This document shows, one piece after another, positions 47,011 through 53,874 of a stretch of 53,874 nt of DNA. A program made the translations under genes and the position numbers. The stretch lies in the NCBI GenBank assembly GCA_002780305.1, contig PEVD01000019.1, positions 1 through 53,874 of the forward strand. The letters are read 5' to 3'. The notes under the pieces were generated by a model, which saw nothing but the letters and a program-made list of their open reading frames with translations, made no database searches and was not told where the DNA came from. The stretch's first letter is position 1. Every line of letters starts with the position of its first letter. Source of the DNA: Candidatus Shapirobacteria bacterium CG03_land_8_20_14_0_80_40_19. Its GTDB lineage: Bacteria; Patescibacteriota; Microgenomatia; UM-FILTER-40-11.

Positions 47011-47453
47011 AACAAAACAAATAAATATAAAAGCTGGAAAGCGATGCCCCAGACAAAAGGCACGTTCCACTGGTGGCCGCCCTGAAACTTAATTAAGTTT
47101 TTTAGAAAAAAAATTTTTTTGTTAAGAAAAAAGTAGGGCGCTTCAACCAGGTCCGGCAGTATGCCGGCAAAACAACCAAAAATAACAAAAATAGCCTTGT
47201 TGACATCCGGTAAGGCTAGAGAGGCAATTTTTAATCCTAAAAAAAGTCCGATTAAGCAATCAAAAAAAACCACAAACATTGTTTTAGTGCTGATCCTGCC
47301 TTGTTTTTTCTTTTCCCTGCTTAAATTAGGATTCCAGTGGGGAAGCGTATCAAGAACAAAGTGGGAAAGAAAGGCCAGGGGGAGAGATAGAAGGGGGCTG
47401 CCGATTTTGTAAGCAATTATTCCTCCGGCCGTGGCATGTACAAGCTCAAGCAT
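46998..47453 (-). CDS. Membrane protein, possible metal-dependent hydrolase-like
   Basis: H near the N-terminus, SHFVLDTLPH, ILPDL, TM helices. Confidence 0.72.
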   Translation of the reverse strand: MLELVHATAGGIIAYKIGSPLLSLPLAFLSHFVLDTLPHWNPNLSREKKKQGRISTKTMFVVFFDCLIGLFLGLKIASLALPDVNKAIFVIFGCFAGILPDLVEAPYFFLNKKIFFLKNLIKFQGGHQWNVPFVWGIAFQLLYLFVLFYFL

Positions 47454-47500
47454 ATTTTAGATTCTTTCAGTGTAATGTGTTAGAATTTCAGAGTCAACAG

Positions 47501-48130
47501 ATGCCAAACCTATCTTTAACTATTGGCCAGATTAAAATTACTCCCTTATTTTGGGCTTTAGCCCTGGCTTTTATTTTTTCCTCTTTTTCAATGTGGAAAA
47601 AAATGATTAAAGAAAGTTACTTAGAGAAAGATATTTTTTCCACTCAAATTTTAATATTATTGGGGGGGGTTATATTTGAAATTCTTTTTAAAATGAGTCT
47701 TGGAATTATTGTTTTTGGGGCTTTTTTAGGAATATTGATGGTTTCTGCTTGGCGTTTTAAAATTTTGGCCATAAATTTTTGGGAAGGATTAGATTGGCTT
47801 GTTTTACCGATCATTTATTTTTTCTTTTTTGGAGGAATAGGCCTCTTTTTAAACTCTTGGCAATGGACGGCTTTTGGTTATTCTGCCACCTCACTTCTTG
47901 GACTGGGGCTGTATCTTTATTTAAAAAAACATTACCGCCGTTTTTTTTGGTACAAGAGCGGTAAAACCGGTTTTTTATTTTGGTCAATCTGTTTTTATTT
48001 TTCCGCTGTCTTGTTGGTTCTTGATTTCCTGCAAACGAAAAAGGTATACTGGTCAGAAGTTTTATGGATCGTTCTACTCACGTCAAGCGCTGGAGCAATT
48101 TATCACCGGGCTGAATTAAACAAAAAATAA
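47501..48130 (+). CDS. Polytopic membrane protein (weak Lgt-like resemblance)
   Basis: About 7 TM helices, WYKSGKTGF motif. Confidence 0.65.
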   Translation: MPNLSLTIGQIKITPLFWALALAFIFSSFSMWKKMIKESYLEKDIFSTQILILLGGVIFEILFKMSLGIIVFGAFLGILMVSAWRFKILAINFWEGLDWLVLPIIYFFFFGGIGLFLNSWQWTAFGYSATSLLGLGLYLYLKKHYRRFFWYKSGKTGFLFWSICFYFSAVLLVLDFLQTKKVYWSEVLWIVLLTSSAGAIYHRAELNKK

Positions 48131-48131
48131 T

Positions 48132-48509
48132 ATGGTAAAAATAAATTTTCCTAAAAATTTAATCGATCCTATCGGGAGATTCCTTCGTAAAGAAGAGGAA
48201 AAACTAAAAGAACGCAAAAAAAAGTTGGACAAAGAAGATCCGTTTAAAGATCCGGACCGGATTTTAGATAACGCGGCGATTGATACCGATGCCTCAGAAC
48301 AATTTGGCCATGTGAATGTTGAAGGCCTAAGAAAAGAAATAGACAAAACCCTTATCCAAATAAGAAAGGCCTTAACCAGGATAAAAATTGGTAAGTACGG
48401 TATCTGTGAAGACTGTGGAAAGATGATAGATACCGACAGATTAATGGTTTTTCCGGCGGCGACAAAATGTGTTCTGTGCGAGAAGAAAAAAAGTGGAAAG
48501 AAAGTTTAA
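48132..48509 (+). CDS. TraR/DksA C4-type zinc finger protein
   Basis: ALTRIKIGKYGICEDCG..I...RL...P....CVLC. Confidence 0.9.
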   Translation: MVKINFPKNLIDPIGRFLRKEEEKLKERKKKLDKEDPFKDPDRILDNAAIDTDASEQFGHVNVEGLRKEIDKTLIQIRKALTRIKIGKYGICEDCGKMIDTDRLMVFPAATKCVLCEKKKSGKKV

Positions 48510-49638
48510 TTTCAAAATCACCGCCAGGGATAAGAAAACTCAAGCTCGCATTGGAATTATTTATACCGCTCACGGAAAGATTAAAACTCCTGCCTTTGTT
48601 CCGGTGGGGACGCAGGCTTCGGTTAAGTCTTTGGATAACCGCGATTTGGCAGAGATAGGTTCTCAACTTTTTTTTGCCAATACTTATCATCTCTATCTTC
48701 GTCCGGGAATTGAGGCGATAAAAAGGCTCGGCGGATTACATTCTTTTACTGGTTGGACCAAACCCCTGATTTCCGATTCGGCCGGTTTTCAGGTATTTTC
48801 TTTAAATAAAAAAGAGAATACTTCTCTGGTAAAAATTAAAGAGGACGGTGTTTCTTTTCGTTCACATCTTGACGGCTCAAGCCATTTTTTCACTCCTGAA
48901 AAATCAATTAAGGTTCAAATTATTTTGGGAGCGGACATCATGATTGCTTTCGACGAATGTACTTTTTATCCGGCCAGTCACGAATATTCGCTTTTGGCAA
49001 TGGAAAGAACTCATCGTTGGGCGGTTCGTTCCTTAAAGGAGGCAGAAAAAAGACATGATGTTCAGGCCTTATATGGGGTGGTCCAGGGAGGAGTTTATAA
49101 AGATCTGCGCCAAAATTCAGCCGAATATATTAACGGCTTGCCTTTTGAGGGAACGGCTATTGGCGGTGTTTCTGTCGGCGAAAGCAAGAAAGAAATGGTA
49201 AAGGTTCTTGATTGGACAATTCCCAAACTCTCGCCGGAAAAACCAAGACATCTCCTGGGAGTTGGTGAAATAAGCGACATTTTTGAGTTGGTTCAGAGGG
49301 GGATAGACAGCTTTGATTGTGTTATGCCGACCAGGCTTGGAAGAATGGGGTTCTGCCTGACCAAAATAAAAAAAGACGGCGAATTTTTGATTGATTTAAA
49401 TAAATCCGCTTTTGCATTTGACGAAAAACCCATAGAAAAGGACTGTAAGTGTTTTGTTTGTAAAAGCTACTGCCGGGCCTATTTACATCATCTGTTTAGA
49501 ACGCGTGAGCTTTTGGCTTACCGCCTGGCGAGTTATCATAACTTGTGGTTTATAGAAAGATTGGTTGATAATATTAGAGAAGCAATCGATCGGGGTGAGT
49601 TTTTAAATTTAAAAAAACAATGGCTGGGAAGTTTATAA
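48493..49638 (+). CDS. tgt: tRNA-guanine transglycosylase
   Basis: TPAFVPVGT, NTYHL, DSAGFQVFSL, DEC, VQGG, FDCVMPTR, C.C..C zinc site; GTG start. Confidence 0.96.
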   Translation: MERKFNFKITARDKKTQARIGIIYTAHGKIKTPAFVPVGTQASVKSLDNRDLAEIGSQLFFANTYHLYLRPGIEAIKRLGGLHSFTGWTKPLISDSAGFQVFSLNKKENTSLVKIKEDGVSFRSHLDGSSHFFTPEKSIKVQIILGADIMIAFDECTFYPASHEYSLLAMERTHRWAVRSLKEAEKRHDVQALYGVVQGGVYKDLRQNSAEYINGLPFEGTAIGGVSVGESKKEMVKVLDWTIPKLSPEKPRHLLGVGEISDIFELVQRGIDSFDCVMPTRLGRMGFCLTKIKKDGEFLIDLNKSAFAFDEKPIEKDCKCFVCKSYCRAYLHHLFRTRELLAYRLASYHNLWFIERLVDNIREAIDRGEFLNLKKQWLGSL

Positions 49639-50498
49639 GAAAAACCAAAAGACACCTTAATCTTTATTTCGTTTTAGTAATTGTTGTTGGAGTGTTTTTT
49701 TTTGCCGGCCTTAGATACGGAAAAATAATTAAAAATTCACCTTTCTGGTATTTTGGAAGAATTAATTTTGCTTTGCTTGGGAACCAGTCAGTCTCAATTT
49801 TTTCCCTTGAAGGGAATGAGGCTCGGCTGCTTGAGTTTTCACCCCAAGAAAAGATTGACCTGCCGAGGGGGTTTGGTGAATATGAACTGCGAAAAATTTA
49901 CCAACTGGGTGAATTGGAAAAAAGGGGAGGACAGCTTTCCTTAGAAACCTTTCAAAATTCACTGAATTTTCCGGTAGTAGGTTATTTTTACCAGGATGAT
50001 TTAAAATTTGGAAATTACACCCTTCTTTCCGATTTTAAAAAGATTATCGGCCGGTCGATCAGAAAAAAGATAAAGACAAACCTTAACTTAACCGATCTTT
50101 TGATATTATATTTCCGGACAAAAAGGATTTCACCCCTTTTGTTTAAAAAATTTGAATACAGAAGTGAGATGGATGATTTTTTTAAGGACGAACAAATCCG
50201 CCGTGAGGCTCTGGCAGTGGAAATTCTAAATGGGACACAGCACCAGGGTTTGGCCCAGAAAGCGGCGGAGCTTTGGGAAAATCTGGGAGGCCGGATAATC
50301 CGGGTGGCGGATCACAGCGAACAACTATCCCAAAGTTTGCTTATTGCCAGGGGGGAGTCAAATAAAAGTTATAGTTATGAAATTATGAAACATTTTTTTA
50401 AGCCAGATTGCCGTGACCTAAATGGAGAAGAGAACCGAGCGGATATGACTTTAATACTGGGCGATGATTACTGGAAAAACATGACGGAAAAGTGGTAA
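49620..50498 (+). CDS. LytR C-terminal domain protein
   Basis: N-terminal TM; VEILNGT...GLA and ADMTLILGDDY. Confidence 0.8.
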   Translation: MAGKFIRKTKRHLNLYFVLVIVVGVFFFAGLRYGKIIKNSPFWYFGRINFALLGNQSVSIFSLEGNEARLLEFSPQEKIDLPRGFGEYELRKIYQLGELEKRGGQLSLETFQNSLNFPVVGYFYQDDLKFGNYTLLSDFKKIIGRSIRKKIKTNLNLTDLLILYFRTKRISPLLFKKFEYRSEMDDFFKDEQIRREALAVEILNGTQHQGLAQKAAELWENLGGRIIRVADHSEQLSQSLLIARGESNKSYSYEIMKHFFKPDCRDLNGEENRADMTLILGDDYWKNMTEKW

Positions 50499-50510
50499 AA
50501 TCGCACTTAT

Positions 50511-51233
50511 ATGAGTGGACATTCCAAATGGGCCAAAATCCATCGGGCGAAAGAAGCTTCCGACCAAAAAAAAGGTCAATCTTTTACTAAACTTTCAAAT
50601 GCGATTGCGATGGCCGTGAGAGAAGGGAACGGCATAACCGACCCTGAGTTTAATTTTCGGCTGAGATTGGCGATCGAGAAGGCAAGAGAGGCCAATATGC
50701 CGAAAGACAATATTGCCAGGGCGATTGACAAAGGAGGAGGAAAAGGCGAGGGCAGTGCCCTGGAAGAAATTCTTTACGAAGGCTACGGCCCGGGCGGAGT
50801 TGGTTTTTTAGTTCAATCGGTAACGGATAACCGGCAAAGGACGGTTCAGGAAGTAAAAAATATTTTCGACCGCAGTGGTGGGGCGGTTGCTTCTCCCGGA
50901 GCGGTTTCTTTTAATTTCAAAAAAGTCGGTTATTTAACCGTCAACGCCGGTGATAAAACGGAAGAGGTGATGCTGAAATTAATTGATCTTGGTGTGGAAG
51001 ACGTTGAGGATGAAGGAGAGGGGATTTTGGGGGTTTACACCAATGCTCCCGATTTGATTTCCGTTAAAGACAAAATTTCCGGAATCGGACTGCAACCACA
51101 ATCGGCAGAAATAATCATGAAACCGATAAATTACGTCTCGGTTACCGACCAAAGAACAATCGATCAAATTCTTTCTTTAGTCAACAAGCTGGAAGAGCTT
51201 GACGATATTCAGAAGGTTTTTGTCAATTTTTAA
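50511..51233 (+). CDS. yebC: YebC/PmpR family protein
   Basis: MSGHSKWA, NMPKDNIARAI, YEGYGPGG, TDNRQRT. Confidence 0.96.
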   Translation: MSGHSKWAKIHRAKEASDQKKGQSFTKLSNAIAMAVREGNGITDPEFNFRLRLAIEKAREANMPKDNIARAIDKGGGKGEGSALEEILYEGYGPGGVGFLVQSVTDNRQRTVQEVKNIFDRSGGAVASPGAVSFNFKKVGYLTVNAGDKTEEVMLKLIDLGVEDVEDEGEGILGVYTNAPDLISVKDKISGIGLQPQSAEIIMKPINYVSVTDQRTIDQILSLVNKLEELDDIQKVFVNF

Positions 51234-51234
51234 A

Positions 51235-52011
51235 ATGTTTCGCCTGACAAAAAGACGTAAATTCATTCTTTCCTCACTGGTTCTTTCTTTCGGTTTGCTG
51301 GGGATCCAACTGGGTTGGGTCGCTAACCGCTATCTGGCGATTGGCATTTTGTCGTTTGTTTCTATCCCCTTGGTTTTTTGGTCTTTGAAGGAAGCCCTGA
51401 GTGTGTCGGTCTTAATAGTGTCTTGGATTCTTCCTTTCTTGTTTACCGCCGGAATCGGCTTGTTCTATTTTTTGCTCCCGGGGTCGCTTCTGGTCGGAAT
51501 TCCGATAATTTTAATTTATTTTTTTGGGATGTACGCCCTTTTCTTAAGTGAAAACATTTTTTCTGTAGCCGCAATTAGAACAATCCAGTTGTTTAGGTCT
51601 GCCTCCGCGGTTGGTTTTTTATTGACTCTTTTTACCTCCTTTTTACTTTTTGACACCATTTGGTCTTTTGCCTTACCTTTCTATTCTAATTTTGGATTAG
51701 TATTTTTAGTTTCTTTTTTGCTTTTTTTTACCGGTACCTGGAGTGTAAATCTAAAAGAAAAAATCGACAGTAAGATAATGATTTATTCCTTAATTTCTTC
51801 TCTTGGGTTGGGGGAAACCGCTGCCTTACTCTCTTTTTGGCCGGCAACCGTTTCTCTGGCCTCGCTTTTTTTGACCATGATGATCTATGTGTGCTTGGGG
51901 CTGATTCAGGCAGAGTTGAGCGATAGGTTGTTTGAAAAGACGGTTAAGGAATACCTTTTGGTTGGGTTTGCCGTTTTTGTGATACTTCTTTTTTATACTT
52001 CGTGGGGCTAA
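51235..52011 (+). CDS. Polytopic membrane hypothetical protein
   Basis: About 9 TM helices, ENIFSVAAIRTIQL.RSA motif; start at MFRLTKRR. Confidence 0.78.
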   Translation: MFRLTKRRKFILSSLVLSFGLLGIQLGWVANRYLAIGILSFVSIPLVFWSLKEALSVSVLIVSWILPFLFTAGIGLFYFLLPGSLLVGIPIILIYFFGMYALFLSENIFSVAAIRTIQLFRSASAVGFLLTLFTSFLLFDTIWSFALPFYSNFGLVFLVSFLLFFTGTWSVNLKEKIDSKIMIYSLISSLGLGETAALLSFWPATVSLASLFLTMMIYVCLGLIQAELSDRLFEKTVKEYLLVGFAVFVILLFYTSWG

Positions 52012-52479
52012 TCACAATTTACAATTTTCAATTTATTTTTTTTGTTCCCGCTGTCGGTGAAAAGGGGAGAGGGAGTGGTAAAAATTCCAATTAACAAGAA
52101 TCCTATAGTAACACTATATACAATTTTTCACAGAGTTTTGAATATTTTTCACGATTTAGCAAGAAATATGGTTGACTGCCAAAATGATAATGTAACAAAA
52201 ATGATAGAAAATGAGGCTGTTTTTTAGTTGTTTGATATAGTTTGATAATATTTTAAATTACCCCCTGTGGATAACTGTTTCCTCCTAAGGCTAAAATCTA
52301 TTAAAATTTAAGAGAAGACACCTGTTTATAAGAATGAACAATAATTATTTAATTTTTATGGGGAGATAGCTTCCAAAAGAGAATGATTAACTAGTCGTCT
52401 TTGTTTTGGTAATGGCCTTCCAGGGGCTTTGACGGGACGGTTATTGACAAGTTATTAAAATTATAATAAGATACCTCCG

Positions 52480-52507
52480 ACTGGGTATAATATCTCTTAC
52501 GCTCAGT
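52480..52507. other. dif-like tyrosine-recombinase site candidate
   Basis: ACTGGGTATAA-TATCTC-TTACGCTCAGT: 11-6-11 imperfect inverted repeat 75 bp before the recombinase. Confidence 0.5.
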
Positions 52508-52582
52508 CCGAATGAGGTCTTTAAAACAAATTAAAATTTATTCTATTCCCTATCGTGACCACACGTCTTAAAATATAAAAAA

Positions 52583-53530
52583 ATGATTCCTTATTTAGAC
52601 GATTTCCTTCTTTATCTGAAAACAAACAATTATTCATCGGAAACAATTTATAATTATGAGCGTGACTTGACCGTTTTTGATAAATTTTTAGCTGACTCCT
52701 CCACTCTCTTTAATAAAATAGACAAGAGAATAGTCTCACAATATAAGGCCTATTTAACTTCAAAAGATAGACACACCGCCATAAAGAAAGAAAAAACAAA
52801 TATAATTTTGGGTTCAAAAAGTTTAAATCGGACTTTGTCCTGCCTGCGCAGTTTTTTAAAATACCTGATTGAAATGGATTTGCCCTGTCCGATTCCTCCC
52901 GAAGTGGTTAAGATGGCCAGAACGGAAAAGAAACACGGGCAGGTGGCGGAACTGGCGGATTTGGTGAAATTAATCGAGTCGCCGGAATATCTGGAGAAAA
53001 ATTCCCTGGTAGGGTTGCGGAACAGGACGATTTTAGAGGTCTTTTTTTCAACCGGAATGAGGATTTCCGAGCTGTGCAGTTTAGACCGATCGGATATTGA
53101 TAACTCCGGCCGGATATTTATCATGGGGAAGGGAAAAAAAGAAAGATTTGTTTACTTAACCCCCCGCGCCAAAAATTACCTGGAAAGATATCTGGCGACC
53201 CGCCAAGATAGCGTGAAAGCCCTGTTTATTCCCTATGCCGGGATGAATGTATCACAAACTAAAAAAAGGCTTTCCCCCAATTACATTCAGATGAAAATTA
53301 AGCAGTACCGTGAGAAATTAAAAATTAATGTTCCTACCAGCGCTCATTCCTTAAGACACGGCTTTGCGACATATTTGGCGGAGTCCGGCGCCAGCCCGGT
53401 GGCAATCCAGATTTTGCTTGGACACGAATCTTTAGATACTACCACCCGATATGTTCACGCCTCCGATAAATTTGCCGAGGATTCCCATCGTAAATTTCAC
53501 CCGCTGGCAAAAGAAGACAAAACTGTTTAA
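52583..53530 (+). CDS. XerC/XerD-like tyrosine recombinase
   Basis: TGMRISEL, GKGKKER, HSLRHGFAT, LGH..LDTTTRY. Confidence 0.92.
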   Translation: MIPYLDDFLLYLKTNNYSSETIYNYERDLTVFDKFLADSSTLFNKIDKRIVSQYKAYLTSKDRHTAIKKEKTNIILGSKSLNRTLSCLRSFLKYLIEMDLPCPIPPEVVKMARTEKKHGQVAELADLVKLIESPEYLEKNSLVGLRNRTILEVFFSTGMRISELCSLDRSDIDNSGRIFIMGKGKKERFVYLTPRAKNYLERYLATRQDSVKALFIPYAGMNVSQTKKRLSPNYIQMKIKQYREKLKINVPTSAHSLRHGFATYLAESGASPVAIQILLGHESLDTTTRYVHASDKFAEDSHRKFHPLAKEDKTV

Positions 53531-53539
53531 GATACAAAT

Positions 53540-53874
53540 ATGACAGAATCTTTATCGGGGGAAATCGATTTGAAGACAACAAGTTATGGTTTTTTTAAAG
53601 ACCTAATGGATCCTCCTTGGCCAGATGTAGGTTTAAGAACGGTTCTTAATTATGATGATGCGGTTGGTGATCGGGTTCGGGTTTTAGGATATGACTCTTT
53701 ATTGCCCAAGGTTAATAATAAGAATGTGGTTGAGATAATTGAAGAAAGAGTTTCCTGTTTGAAACCCGGAGTGAGACTGAAGGTTTTAGATGTGGGTTGC
53801 GGGACAGGTTACGCTTTGTCTGAATGTTTAACAAAGCTCGGATGGAAGGGAAAATTAGATTTATCCGGGATAAC
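53540..53874 (+). CDS. Class I SAM-dependent methyltransferase, 3'-partial
   Basis: Open from ATG 53540 to the window end; VLDVGCGTG motif I. Confidence 0.8.
   Translation, partial: MTESLSGEIDLKTTSYGFFKDLMDPPWPDVGLRTVLNYDDAVGDRVRVLGYDSLLPKVNNKNVVEIIEERVSCLKPGVRLKVLDVGCGTGYALSECLTKLGWKGKLDLSGI

Noticed and set aside
52266..52274. oriC suggested by a perfect DnaA box (TGTGGATAA)
   Set aside because: Only one perfect box plus weak matches, and no dnaA/dnaN nearby; insufficient.
52583..53530. Integron or prophage integrase
   Set aside because: No IntI-specific insertion, attC array or phage genes visible; size and motifs fit a Xer-type enzyme.
1..53874. Alternative genetic code (UGA recoding)
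   Set aside because: Conserved genes are full length in code 11 and several end in TGA (e.g. ruvC, ychF, dnaB).

Overview
Bacterial chromosome segment in standard genetic code, mostly + strand, with the gene content of a reduced Patescibacteria/CPR (Microgenomates-like) genome; that taxonomy is inferred. Housekeeping blocks: rpsU-yqeY-ybeY-dnaX-ybaB-recR, cysS, ruvCAB, ychF-rpsF-ssb-rpsR, ctpA/htrA, rpmE-prfA, hisS, intein-containing dnaB, dksA-like-tgt, yebC, a Xer-type recombinase and tRNA-Leu(CAA). Surface/accessory genes: a coupling-type ATPase, a sortase with an LPXTG protein, a LysM protein, GT2/GT4/GT-C glycosylation genes and three toxin-antitoxin-like pairs. The strongest signal is a nested, modular set of short repeats: GTCAT...ATGAC double-hairpin elements, 16-40 bp GC-rich mini-hairpins and 7/8/9-mer periodic tracts. 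They occur between genes and in-frame inside at least six proteins. One membrane protein has seven such inserts, and two unrelated proteases share the same composite insert. A 68-bp hairpin separates the ssb Shine-Dalgarno from its start codon. No transposase is recognisable in the window. Also notable: many promoters that look leaderless, an RF1 lacking its N-terminal domain, a YbeY lacking metal ligands and a dif-like site before the recombinase. All calls come from reading the sequence; no searches were run.
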